Positions 47,029 through 57,737 of a DNA stretch of 64,000 bases are shown here, in pieces (within the stretch, counting starts at the first letter, position 1; every line of letters begins with the position of its first letter). The notes under the pieces are model-generated. The model was not told the origin of the DNA, ran no database searches, and was given only the letters and a program-made list of their open reading frames with translations. Source of the DNA: Vulcanimicrobiota bacterium. Lineage in GTDB: Bacteria > Vulcanimicrobiota > Vulcanimicrobiia > Vulcanimicrobiales > Vulcanimicrobiaceae. Made by a program: the position numbers and the translations under genes. Location: positions 174,999-238,998 of the forward strand of contig CAVZSY010000005.1 of NCBI GenBank assembly GCA_963778045.1, read 5' to 3'.

Positions 47029-48291
47029 CTATTCCGCACACTGCCGTCGTGACGGCAAACGACGAGCTGGGAGTCCGTTGAACACGCCCTCCGAAAGCAA
47101 GCCGATAGCCGCTGGAGCGAAGAGGCTCGGGGCAGCAACCAGCGCGCCCATAACGCCGATCACCTGACCGCGAACTTCGGCGGGCACCGTGTCCTGGATT
47201 GCGGAATTCATAACCGTATTCTGCGCTGTTGCCAGCAGAATGAGCACCGCAGCCGCGCTCATGCAGAGATTATAGCTGGGAGCTAGCGCGAACAACGTAC
47301 CGGCAACCACAAACGCGACGCAAAACCACGCCATCGCTAGGGGAAGGGCGCGCGCAAGGCCCCGATTGATCAACGCCTGCGAAGCTGCGCCCGCTGCAAT
47401 CGTCGCGAGCACTCCCGTCACCGCAACGATCGAACCGAGGACTCCCGCAGACACGGTGACGGGAACGTGATAAGCGCGCTCCGTCAGCGTAGGAGCCCAT
47501 GTGAGAACCGCCGTGAACACGGCCTGCAAGAGATACACGCCAAGCGTCGTCCGTAGCCACAGTCCACCGTGCTTACGAGCAAAATGCTTGAATACGCGCG
47601 ACGTCGCACTCAAGGCGGATTTGAGGGGCGCATCACTTGCAAACCGGCGAGGTTCCACGACGATGGCCAGTAGCGGGACGAGCAACATGCTCAGACCAAA
47701 GACGCCGAGAAAGCACATTTGCCAAGGAGCGACGACTCCAAGAAACGGAACTTCCACGTTGCCGGCGCGTTCCGCAGCGAACACGAGCGCGCCGCAGAGC
47801 CAAAGAGCAGCACCGGACCCGATGCTGCCGCCGGCTAGATACAGACTCACGACCAGCGCACGCCTGTCCATCGGAAAAGAATCGGAAAGTGCAGAGTAAC
47901 ATGCCGGACCGGTAATTCCGATGCCGATGCCCTCGGCGAACCGCGCGACAAAGAGCAGCGCAGCCGTATCGCACCTCGCGGCTGCGAGCGAGGAAATTGC
48001 CCACACGACGACGCCGCCCATGATCACGTTACGGCGATTCAATATGTCCGCGAGTATCCCGGATGGGTAATAAACGATGGCGACCGACGCCGTAACTGCC
48101 GAGGCGGCAAGGACACCAAACATCGCGTCACCCACCGCGAGCGACGACTCGATTGGTTTTGCGAGTAAGCTCACGATGCCGGTCTCGACTCCGATAACCA
48201 ACGCCACGAGTTCGAGCACGACAAACGTGTACCATGGGCTCACACGGCGCAGCAATGCAACCCCCGTTCCAACAGTGCCTTGCACCGCCAT
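47029..48291 (-). CDS. MFS transporter
   Basis: ORF 47029..48291, 420 aa, 12 hydrophobic helices, MFS loop motif GILADILNRRNV. Its start lies 5 nt downstream of the receptor gene stop. Confidence 0.75.
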   Translation of the reverse strand: MAVQGTVGTGVALLRRVSPWYTFVVLELVALVIGVETGIVSLLAKPIESSLAVGDAMFGVLAASAVTASVAIVYYPSGILADILNRRNVIMGGVVVWAISSLAAARCDTAALLFVARFAEGIGIGITGPACYSALSDSFPMDRRALVVSLYLAGGSIGSGAALWLCGALVFAAERAGNVEVPFLGVVAPWQMCFLGVFGLSMLLVPLLAIVVEPRRFASDAPLKSALSATSRVFKHFARKHGGLWLRTTLGVYLLQAVFTAVLTWAPTLTERAYHVPVTVSAGVLGSIVAVTGVLATIAAGAASQALINRGLARALPLAMAWFCVAFVVAGTLFALAPSYNLCMSAAAVLILLATAQNTVMNSAIQDTVPAEVRGQVIGVMGALVAAPSLFAPAAIGLLSEGVFNGLPARRLPSRRQCAE

Positions 48292-48296
48292 CCGGT

Positions 48297-51106
48297 TTAC
48301 AGATCCATATGCAGCGTTAGACTCAACGTGCGTGGCCCGACGACGTTCCCTGCCGTGTAGCCGAACTGACCGTTGATCAGCGGGGTCGGGATTCCACCGT
48401 AGATGTTGTAATAGTAATTGTCGTAGGCGCCCGTGAGATTCGTCACGCTCAAGAGGGCAGATACATGCGGGGTAAGCCGCTGATCGAAGCTACCGTTGAC
48501 GACTCCGAACGCCGGTTCGTTGTACGCATTGTTTGGACCGTAATACGTGACCCCGAGTATCGCATACCCTCCTGCGCGAGTACGATAGTTTATTTCCCCA
48601 TAGCCTTGCGAGTATGGTACGCGAGAGTATGAGAGTCCGTTATAGCCTTGCCCCGTCGCCTGAAAGTTGACGTTTGGAATAACGCCGAGATTTGCTGTAT
48701 TTGGCCCGGCGGCCGTATTGTAGAACCCAGGTGGGAGATCGTACGGGTACGCCCGCTGTAATGCACCTTGCACGACGTAGCCAAATCCGACGGGCGGATC
48801 ATCGTGCAGCGCGAATTCTATCCCTTCATATCGCGAATGACCCAAGTTCTGCGTGCTCGTCGTATAGAGTGGATACGTTCCCGGGAACGGATACCCGGCA
48901 GGCGTCGTATACGTGCCCGTTAGCGCCGTCGTCTGCAGAAACTGGTTGCGAAGCGTCGTCTGATAGACATCCAGAGACAGTATCGTATGCGCCGCCAATC
49001 GCCGGTCGGCTCCAAGATCCCAGCCGAACGACGTCTCCGGAAGCACGTCACCGCTATTCGCGTCTGCGGTAAAGTAGTGCGGAGGAGCTTGATCCGGCTG
49101 GGGTGGATAGGTGTTGGTCAAGAGGGCGATATACGGTGGTGCGATCGACGACCCGGCTGACGCTCGTACGGCAAGATTCGCTTTGGGAAGATACTCCAAC
49201 GCCACCCGCGGGACGCTCGCCCCATGCGTCGAGTCGGTAAAAGACAATCCCCCGTTTTGCGTATAGTGGTCGGTATAGCTTAACTGATGATCGCTAAAGG
49301 TGGCTTGCAGCGTCGGTGTGACTTGCGCCTCGTAGCGCAACATCTCGGTACGGAATGTCTGTTGGGACCCCGCGGGGAACCGCTACGGAGTCGAGCGCCG
49401 CTAACGACGAAGTCGTTGCCGCGCTGCTAGTCGTGGAACTTTGGTCGTACGAAATGCTGAGTTGATTTTGGCCCGCCACCGGGATGTCGCTTTCAAATGT
49501 GTAGCCATACAAGTTGTCGAGCGTGCGCGTCGCGTTGTAATCATCCACATACGTGACCGTTGCCGGCGTGCCGTTGAAGAATGTGGGATTCATGCTGTTT
49601 CCAAGCGGAATTCCACCGTAGAGCAAGCCGGTGAAGCTCATCGTCCCGGGGGCGGCGCCGTTCCCGGGACCACCCTCGAACGTGGAGACCGACGTTGCGT
49701 AGGCGCGAGCCAGGAACGTGACCGCACCCACAGCCGTGCGGAAGTCGCCTTGAAATAAATTGGTGTTGTTTGCGAGTATGCCGGAATTTTGAACGTCGAA
49801 AGGCGTGGCAGCGCCGTTGTAAGCTCCGGTGTATCCGGACGGTCCTTGAAAAGAAAAGCTAGGATACGAATAGAGGAGGTCTCCGGCATCCGCGCCGCGG
49901 CTCTGCCCCCCGAGATAGCTGACGGTCAGCGCCGTCGTCGGCGTAAAGGTGTAACGAAGCTTCGCCAACTCGTTGCGCTGGTTCGACCACATGGGAATCG
50001 AGGGGCAACAGAGCATGAGCGGCGTGGTTAGCTCGGCGGAGCCGGCATAATGCGGATTGCCCGGCGCGAAGCCCGGGTAGCAGACTGGCCGCATTGGCCG
50101 CACTTGCGCACGCCGGGGTCCCGTTGACGCTGTATCCGCCCGGAGCGTAGACGGGCATGAGCGGCTCAAAGCTCTGATTGTAGCCGTTGGTGCCTCGCGT
50201 CACATAATCGAACGCGTACGACAGGTGCGAGATCGTTCCGGTCGCGCGGCCGTTCCAAAACAAACCGCCGAACTGATCGACGCCGTAGTCAATCGAACCC
50301 TCCCGCTTTACGGTCGGTTGGAGCGTCACGAAGTTCACGGTTCCACCTATTGCATTGCTGATGTTCGGAGGCGAGGCTCCGGGGCCCTTAACCACCTCGA
50401 CGCTCTGCAACAGGTACGGACTGAGGAACGACGTGTTGAACGTCCCATATTCCCCGATCGATATGGGGTGACCGTCGATGAGCGACTCGGTTTCGTATGG
50501 AAGCGCCCCTCGGATTTGCGGAATACCCGTGGCTAGCGGACTTGCCGCATTGGCGATCTCGTCGATCCCAAATCCATCGCCGGGACTCACGACGATACCG
50601 GGGATCTCATTGAGCACATGATTGACGCCCAGTTGCCCTTGCTCGGTGAAAGTACTTTGCGGCACGTCCACGATCGCCGCGCTAGACGTGTTGATCACGT
50701 TTGCGGCTCCAGCCGTTGTCGTGACACTGGCGATCTGCTTCAGTGATGAAAACGACGCCGGTGTCAATTCAAAAGCGAGCCTGACCGTTTCGCCGGCCGC
50801 CAATGCGACGTCCGCCCGTGTCGCCGATTGAAAGCCCGCCTTCGTAACGCCGATCGAATAAAGGCCCGGTGCAAGGGTCAGCGTAAACGCGCCCTGAGCG
50901 TTCGTAACACCGCTTCTTTTTTGCGGGCCCGCAGCGGTAACGACCGCTCCGGGTACGGGTTTGCCTTCCGCCCGAACAAACCCGGAGACGGACGTTTGCA
51001 CGCTCAGCGGCTCTGCGTTCACCGCGCCCGCCGATACGGACGCGGCAAATGCGACAAGGAGCAGCCCTCGCACAAGATGCTGGGATAACGATCGCACATA
51101 GAGCAT
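48297..51106 (-). pseudogene. TonB-dependent-receptor-like outer-membrane protein (CarboxypepD_reg domain, plug, beta-barrel), two +1 frameshifts as sequenced
   Basis: ATG 51106 with signal peptide. GFVRAEGKPVPGAVVTAAG...GAFTLTLAPGLYSIGVTKAGF, then plug (IPQIRGALPYETESLIDGHPI, VEVVKGPGAS). The barrel continues in ORFs 49294..50169 and 48297..49343. Junctions ~50085 and ~49372. 2810 nt = 3n+2. Confidence 0.65.
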
Positions 51107-51248
51107 TCGTGTTTCGCCTCTCAGATATGCAGCGGCACCCGCGGCCATAATTATGGATCTTAGCAGGCAGCGTCGCCGGCAAAAAAGGAGGCCGTTCGTC
51201 AAAAAAGACTTGCGCGGGAACCTCCGCGACCGTGGAGAATCGCACGCC

Positions 51249-52761
51249 ATGTCTGAACTCCCGCTCGGAGGACATCCGTTCCAACTGCGCAGCAGCCGCG
51301 AAGCGACGCCGATGGCTGCCTGGCAAAGCGCCCTTTGTATCGTAAACGGGAACGCAGACACCGCCCGAACCGAGTTGGCTGCGGTTATCGCATCTACTGC
51401 GTCTCCGAACCTAAGTTTCGTATGCCAATACGTTGAGCTGTTGGCCTGGGCCGCCTCAGGCGAGGAGCGTCGCCTCGGCGAAGCCGAAGCAGAACTCACG
51501 CAACTACGTGACCGCTACCCGCTACCTTCGTCGGTTGGCGCAGCAGCCTGCGTCGCACTCGCATCGATAAGAATGCTCGAGGGGCGGCTAGCGGAGGCGG
51601 CGTCCTTGCTTGCAAACCTTCGAGAATCCGGCGCAGCACTTCACTTCGGGGTTTTCGCGCACTTTCTCGAACTTTCGGCCCTGCTCAAACTGTCACGGGG
51701 AGACGTTCAGGCGGCCGTCGAGCTTGGGCTTCAAGTAAACGAAACCGCACGCGCAGCGGTCAGCGGTCCAACTCTGGTTTTCCGCTTGATGAACTCGGGA
51801 ACTATTTTTCTCGAAGGCGGGATGGCGCGAGGCACGCGACAACTTCGTTGCAGCGCTCAAGTTCAGCGACGAATTCAACGGCCCTTTCAGCGCAGCCTCG
51901 GCGGCAATGGCAGCACGTGCTTCGCACGCTGTCGGGGACGCCATCGAAGCGCATCGCTTTATCGCCATCGCGCTTTCAAAGCCGGAGTACGATCCTCACT
52001 TCCGGCTCTTCCGATCGGCGGTCGGCATCGACATCGGCCTCTCCACCGGCGATCTCGCGCTTATCGAACATTGCCGCGACGATCATTTGGCACAACAGCT
52101 CCAAGAAAGCCGATTTGCGTTCCCCGCGCTCCTGAGTTACGAACGGCTCTATCATATCGAAGGCCGCGCGCAGGACTCACCCGGCAACCTCGCCCTCATG
52201 CTCGGGCAGATGCCATGGGTGTTCTGGCCCGTCCTTTGGGAAATCGCCGCCAGGGGCGCTGGGAGCGTCGTCGACGCAGCGTGTGAGGAAGTCGAGAAGT
52301 TGGATAAGGTCAACGGTCTTACCCTGGCAAAGCGCAGGCTGTTCGAGGCATTGATTGCAGACCGCGCAGGCAACAGAACAAAAGCCGTAAAGCTTGCCGA
52401 GCAGAGCTATGAAGCGTTCTTGGACTTCGGCCTACGCCCGTTGGCCGCCAAATCGTTGGAGGTTGCGGGCAGATTCAACGAGGCGTTCTGCACGTACGAA
52501 CTATGTGGATTCGCCGGCGATGCCGGGAGGCTAAAGAACCGCAGGCGTCGTGGACGTCCGCGACGCGACGTCTCGATGGGGGACTGGCACCGGGAACTTG
52601 CCCGCTTGATCGCAGCGAATTACACAAATGCGCAAATTGCAACAAAGACTGGGTTGTCGCCGAAGACGATCGAGCGTCGCATTTCGGACCTCTACGCTAT
52701 CGCCGGCGTATCGACTCGAAACGCCCTTTGCCATCGCATCGGCGAAGGCTGGGACCCGTAG
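51249..52761 (+). pseudogene. LuxR-family transcription regulator with helical-repeat N-terminal region, one +1 frameshift as sequenced
   Basis: ORF 51153..52286 frame (from ATG 51249), then the frame of ORF 51907..52761 from ~51800 (..ELFFSKAGWREARDNFVAALKFSDEF..). C-terminal HTH LARLIAANYTNAQIATKTGLSPKTIERRISDLYAIAGV. The start is uncertain. Confidence 0.5.
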
Positions 52762-52769
52762 AATAACGG

Positions 52770-55397
52770 CTATCGAGCTAGGACGGCTCGCGCGTGGCTG
52801 CCTCGGGGATGGCGTTTGGTGACGCTGAATTCGCGCGTGAGCTGCGAGACGATGAAGAGACCGCGCCCCGATTCGCTCATCATGTCGATCGGAAGCATCG
52901 GCGCCCGTTCGAATCCCGGCCCTTCGTCGATCACGTGTAGAACGATCTCACCCGCCGTGTGATCGAGCACGATATCCACTGCGCCGGGTGCGTGCCGCAC
53001 GACGTTGCCGGCCAGTTCGCCGAGTACCAGTTCCGCGGTTTCCAACTGCGTCTCGCCTAGGCCGTACCCGATGAGCAGCGCGCGAAACTCACGGCGCATT
53101 TGCGAGAGACCGGTCGGATCGAGTGAGCCGAAGCTCCAGCGCCGCATGTTGCTCAAGCGCCGCTCGCGATGCACGCGCAGCGTAAGCACCGCGACGTCGT
53201 CGCGCGCTCCCCCAACCAGCATCCGCTCTTGGATGAACAGCGCCGGGCGCGCGACTTCGTCGATCGCCGGATCGGCGAGCGTCTCGCGCAACGCGCGCGC
53301 ACCGCCTTCCAAATCGTGGCCCGACTCGACCAGCCCGTCGGTGTAGAGCACCAACATGTCGCGATCGCCGATGCTCACGCTGGTGGCATCCACGCTCGCG
53401 CGTTCGCGCAGACCGAGCGGCAAATCGACATAGATTAATTCGTCCAAGCGCCCATCGGCACGCCGAATGAACGGCGCGGGATGGCCGGCGCTGGCGTAGA
53501 TCATCGTGCTCGCGATCGGGTCGAGCACGCCGACGAACGCGGTGACGAAACGATCGGGGTCGTCCATGCGCAACGCGCGGTCGGCTGAATTGAGCATCAG
53601 CACCGGATCGGCGTGAACCTGCGCGATGCCGCGTATGATTTGGCGCATGCTGCTCATCGTTACCGCCGCGTCCAGGCCGCTGCCGGCCACGTCACCGATC
53701 GAGACGACGATGCGCCCGTCGGTGAGCGCGAACGCGTCGTACCAGTCGCCCCCGATTTGCGCCTCGCTCTGACCCGGCACGTAGACGGCGTCCATCGCGA
53801 TGCCGTCGATCTGTGGAAGGCGGCGCGGCAGCGATGCCGCTTGCAACGCGGTTGCGACGCGGTGCTCGCGCTGGTACAGCTGCGCGTTCTGGATGGCGAG
53901 GGCGCAGCGCCGCGACACTTCCTCCAAAAAGCCGACGCTCGCGGCGCCATAGGCCTCGGAGTCTTCGGCACGCACGAACGAAATCGTCCCGATCGATTTG
54001 CCGCGCACATGCATCGGCACGATCACCGTTTCGGTCGCGCGTCCGTCGATTCGTTCGACAAAACTGGCCGCGCGCGCATCGCCGTAGAAATGCGCGCGCA
54101 CGCGCGAGGCCGGGACCTCGCGCTGCGTTCCCGTGTAGGCGAAGGCCGCCGTATGCACGCCGCCGTCGATCAAGAGATCGATCTGACACGAATCGGCGAG
54201 CAGGGGAACGGCCGTTTCGCAAATGTGTCGCAACGTGCGGTCGAGTTCCAGTGAGCTGTTGACGATGCGTCCAAGCTCCGCCAAGTACGTCTGCTCTTGC
54301 GACGCCCGCTTTTGGTCGTGGATATCCGTACTCGTTCCGAACCAGCGCACGATCGCGCCACCGTCGTCGCGCATCGGTATCGCGCGCGTAAGATACCAGC
54401 GCGAGCTTGCATCACCGGCAAGGATACGATGCTGCATCTCGTACGGCGCGCCGGTTCGCATCGACTCGATCCATGCGTTGCGCGTGCGCGTCCAATCTTT
54501 GGGATGGACGATGCGTTCCCATACGTCACCGACCGCTTCGTGTGCGGCTAGGCCGATGTACGCGAGCATCGCACTGTTTGCATAATCCGCAACGCCGTCC
54601 GATGTGGTCGACCAAACCAAATCGGGAATAGCCTCGGCGATTGCCCGCATCTGCGCATCGCGCTGCTCGCGCGCGGCCCGTTCGTCGTGAATATCCATCG
54701 CCATGCCGATGCGATAGAACGGAAGGCTTCCCGAATGGGTGTGCACCCATCGCAGGTAATGCCAGCGGTACGCGCCGTCGGAACGCCGTCGCAGGCGGAA
54801 CGTCAGTTCGCTCGCACCGTCGCGCAACCCGTTCATGATCACCGGCACGTCGGCGGGGTCCAACAGCGCATTGCGCTCGTCGATCGTCGATCCAGCCGGC
54901 AGGCCCGTATAGTCCAACCACCCGCGATTGACGAAGGTGAGGCGGTCGCTACGATCCGTCGTCCACACCAGCAACGGCAGTGCATCGGCGAGTTGCCGGA
55001 ACCGGTCGTCGTTCGACGATTCGAAATCGGCGCGATCGCAAATCGCGAGCCACGAGTGAAGGATGCCGCTTGCATCGCGCAGCGGCACGAGCGTCACCGC
55101 GAACATCCCGTAGTCGCCATCGGCCGATCGCAGCCGGCAGCGCATCTCGAACGGCATCCCGCTACGACGGCCTTGCTCGATCGCTTCGAGCACGCTCTCG
55201 AGGTCCTGCGGGTGCAACGCCAACTGCCAGCCGTTCCCGACCGAATGCTCGAGCTCAAGCCCCGTATAGGCCGTCCAGATGGGGTTGGCATACTCGCACG
55301 TGCTGCCCGGAAGCGCGACCAATGCAATACGCGTCAGGCGCTGCGCGAAATCGCGCAACGCCGACGCGTCGAAGTCATCGATCGGTTCCGTGGTCAT
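52770..55397 (-). CDS. Multidomain signalling protein: 3x PAS, GAF, PP2C/SpoIIE phosphatase, RsbW-like HATPase
   Basis: ORF 52770..55397. PAS/PAC repeats (..WLAICDR, ..YRIGMAMDIHDE, ..WFGTSTDIHDQ), a GAF, PP2C boxes QIGGDWYDAF, GDVAGSGLDAA, LYTDGLVE, and C-terminal ELAGNVVRHA...GRGLFIV. Confidence 0.8.
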   Translation of the reverse strand: MTTEPIDDFDASALRDFAQRLTRIALVALPGSTCEYANPIWTAYTGLELEHSVGNGWQLALHPQDLESVLEAIEQGRRSGMPFEMRCRLRSADGDYGMFAVTLVPLRDASGILHSWLAICDRADFESSNDDRFRQLADALPLLVWTTDRSDRLTFVNRGWLDYTGLPAGSTIDERNALLDPADVPVIMNGLRDGASELTFRLRRRSDGAYRWHYLRWVHTHSGSLPFYRIGMAMDIHDERAAREQRDAQMRAIAEAIPDLVWSTTSDGVADYANSAMLAYIGLAAHEAVGDVWERIVHPKDWTRTRNAWIESMRTGAPYEMQHRILAGDASSRWYLTRAIPMRDDGGAIVRWFGTSTDIHDQKRASQEQTYLAELGRIVNSSLELDRTLRHICETAVPLLADSCQIDLLIDGGVHTAAFAYTGTQREVPASRVRAHFYGDARAASFVERIDGRATETVIVPMHVRGKSIGTISFVRAEDSEAYGAASVGFLEEVSRRCALAIQNAQLYQREHRVATALQAASLPRRLPQIDGIAMDAVYVPGQSEAQIGGDWYDAFALTDGRIVVSIGDVAGSGLDAAVTMSSMRQIIRGIAQVHADPVLMLNSADRALRMDDPDRFVTAFVGVLDPIASTMIYASAGHPAPFIRRADGRLDELIYVDLPLGLRERASVDATSVSIGDRDMLVLYTDGLVESGHDLEGGARALRETLADPAIDEVARPALFIQERMLVGGARDDVAVLTLRVHRERRLSNMRRWSFGSLDPTGLSQMRREFRALLIGYGLGETQLETAELVLGELAGNVVRHAPGAVDIVLDHTAGEIVLHVIDEGPGFERAPMLPIDMMSESGRGLFIVSQLTREFSVTKRHPRGSHARAVLAR

Positions 55398-55441
55398 AGC
55401 CCGCCAAAGCTATACCCGGTAATCGCTCGGCTGTAACGGCC

Positions 55442-56458
55442 TCAGGCCCGCTTGCGCGCATAGGCACGCCGTACCGCGTCTTTGATCGCGCGGCTCCCCA
55501 TCCCGTAATATTCGATCAGTTCCGCCGGATCGCCGGACTGCCCGAAGGTGTCGTTTACGCCGATAAACTCGATCGGCGCGGGTGCCTTTGCCGCGAGGGT
55601 CTCGGCGACGGCCGAACCCATCCCGCCATGGATCTGATGCTCTTCGACGGTCACGATCGCACCGCACTCGCGGGCCGCGGCGACGATCGTCGCTTCGTCC
55701 ATCGGCTTGACGGTGTGGTTGTTGACGACCCGTACCTCGATGCCGTCTTCACGCGCCAGCTCGTCGGCGGCCACCAACGCGTTGTAGACCAAGATACCGC
55801 ACGCCACGATCGCCGCGTCCGTACCGTCGCGCAGAACTTGCGCTTTGCCCACTTCGAACGGCGTCGCCTCGGTCGTGACGATCGGCGATTTGTCGCGCGC
55901 GAAACGCAGATAGACCGGCCCGAAGCGCTGCGAGAGCGCGAGCGTGGCCTTCTTGGTCTGCACGGAATCGCACGGAACGACGACCGTCATGTGCGGGATC
56001 ACGCGCATGATCGCGATGTCTTCGATCGCCTGATGCGTCGCGCCGTCGGGGCCGACGGAAACGCCGGCGTGGGCGCCCGCGATCTTCACGTCGGTCTCGT
56101 TGAGCGCCATGATCGTACGCACTTGCTCCCACGAACGGCCCGGATTGAACATCGCGTACGACGCAATCCACGGAATTTTCCCGGTCGCGGCAAGACCGCC
56201 GGCCATCGCCACGAGCATTTGTTCGGCGACGCCGATCTCCAGGTAGCGCTGCGGAAACTTCTTTTTGAAGCCTTCCATGCGCGTCGATTCGGCGAGGTCC
56301 GCGCAGATTGCGATCACGTTGACATCACGTTCGCCCGCTTCGATGAGCCCTTCGCCGAAGCCGTTGCGCGTCGGCACCGATTTGAGTTCGGCACCGTTGC
56401 GGTAATCCACCAACGACATCGCCTGCGCGGCCTGATCGAGCGTACCGGTGTTAGACAT
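55442..56458 (-). CDS. Transketolase, C-terminal (pyrimidine-binding plus C-terminal domain) subunit
   Basis: ORF 55442..56506, from ATG 56458. PTRNGFGEGL, EIGVAEQMLV, GATHQAIEDIAIMR. Confidence 0.85.
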   Translation of the reverse strand: MSNTGTLDQAAQAMSLVDYRNGAELKSVPTRNGFGEGLIEAGERDVNVIAICADLAESTRMEGFKKKFPQRYLEIGVAEQMLVAMAGGLAATGKIPWIASYAMFNPGRSWEQVRTIMALNETDVKIAGAHAGVSVGPDGATHQAIEDIAIMRVIPHMTVVVPCDSVQTKKATLALSQRFGPVYLRFARDKSPIVTTEATPFEVGKAQVLRDGTDAAIVACGILVYNALVAADELAREDGIEVRVVNNHTVKPMDEATIVAAARECGAIVTVEEHQIHGGMGSAVAETLAAKAPAPIEFIGVNDTFGQSGDPAELIEYYGMGSRAIKDAVRRAYARKRA

Positions 56459-57308
56459 GGGCGAGAATCCTTTCACGATCGGCCTGCAGCTCGCGCAGCG
56501 CGACATCGGCTTGTTCTTTATTGGGCGGCTTGCCGTGCCAGGTGTAGTCGCCTTCCATGTAGCTAACGCCCTTGCCGGGTACGGTATTCGCGATGATCAC
56601 TTGCGGCCGGTCGTCGACCTGGTGCGCGCGCTCGACGGCGTCGACGAACGAACCGATGTCGTTACCGTCGCAATCGAAGACCGCCCAGTTGAAGGCGCGG
56701 TATTTGTCGGCCAAGGGTTCGAGCGGCATTACGTCTTCGGTGCTTCCGTCGATCTGGATGAAGTTCCGATCGACGATGCACGTGAGGTTGGCCAGTTTGA
56801 ATTTGGCGGCGGTCATCATCGCTTCCCAATGCAAACCGCATTCATGCTCGCCGTCCGACGTCACGACGTACACGTGAAAATCTTTGCCGTCGATCCGAGC
56901 GCCCAACGCCATGCCGGTTCCCTGCGCGAGCCCTTCGCCCAGCGGCCCCGACGTGGTTTCCACCGCCGGCAGCTTGACGCGTTCGGGGTGGCCCTGGAGG
57001 CGCGTGCCGAACTTGCGCAGCGTGAGCAACTCCTCGACCGGAATGTAGCCGAAGGCGGCCATCGCGGAGTAGCGCACCGGCGTGATGTGGCCGCACGAAA
57101 GCAGCAGCCGGTCGCGGTCGGGCCAGTCCGGACGCTGGGGGTCGTGACGCATCACGTGGCCGTAGAGGGCCGTGAAGACGTCGGCCATGTCGAGCGAGCC
57201 GGCCGAATGGCCCGAACCCGCCGCGCAGAGCGAGCGGATGATGCCCTGGCGCACGTCGTTGGCGGTGAGTTCAAGCTCCTTGCGGCGCTGCGGTGTGAGG
57301 GTTTGCAT
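56451..57308 (-). CDS. Transketolase, N-terminal (TPP-binding) subunit
   Basis: ORF 56451..57308. GSGHSAGSLDMADV, SCGHITPVRY, TSGPLGEGLAQGTGMAL, SDGEHECG. 8-nt overlap with the C-terminal subunit gene. Confidence 0.85.
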   Translation of the reverse strand: MQTLTPQRRKELELTANDVRQGIIRSLCAAGSGHSAGSLDMADVFTALYGHVMRHDPQRPDWPDRDRLLLSCGHITPVRYSAMAAFGYIPVEELLTLRKFGTRLQGHPERVKLPAVETTSGPLGEGLAQGTGMALGARIDGKDFHVYVVTSDGEHECGLHWEAMMTAAKFKLANLTCIVDRNFIQIDGSTEDVMPLEPLADKYRAFNWAVFDCDGNDIGSFVDAVERAHQVDDRPQVIIANTVPGKGVSYMEGDYTWHGKPPNKEQADVALRELQADRERILAHV

Positions 57309-57317
57309 ACCGCGACT

Positions 57318-57737
57318 TTATACCAGGAGCGCGCGCTGCGCGCCTGTCACCGCGCGATGGCATTCCAGGCAAAGGGCTTCGAGGTTCTCGAGGTGGTGCA
57401 GACAGCTAAGCGATCCGTGCGCGCCGCGCGCGGGCTCGATGTGGTTGACCTCGAGGCGGTCGGTCTTACGCAGCCGTTTATAGTGCGGGTGCGACCGCGA
57501 GGGCGGCTTGTGGCCGCAGCGCTTGCAGCGATATTTGTCGCGGCGTTTGGCCGCGCGGCGCGCCAGCGTCCACCAATGGTTATTCCAGAAGCGATCGGCG
57601 CAACGGTCGCTGCACCAGGTGCGACGCCGTTTGGGAAGCTCGCCGCCGCACCAACGGCACGCACCCTGCGGGCCGGAGGCGAGGGCGCAACATTCGATCA
57701 GCTCACGAGAGCGATGCGGGGACTGCTTTCTATCCAT
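57318..57737 (-). CDS. HNH endonuclease with N-terminal Cys4 zinc-ribbon-like segment
   Basis: ORF 57318..57860, trimmed to ATG 57737. CRWCGG..CSDRC, YRCKRCGH, LEVNHIEPA...NLEALCLECHR (HNH core). Confidence 0.65.
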   Translation of the reverse strand: MDRKQSPHRSRELIECCALASGPQGACRWCGGELPKRRRTWCSDRCADRFWNNHWWTLARRAAKRRDKYRCKRCGHKPPSRSHPHYKRLRKTDRLEVNHIEPARGAHGSLSCLHHLENLEALCLECHRAVTGAQRALLV

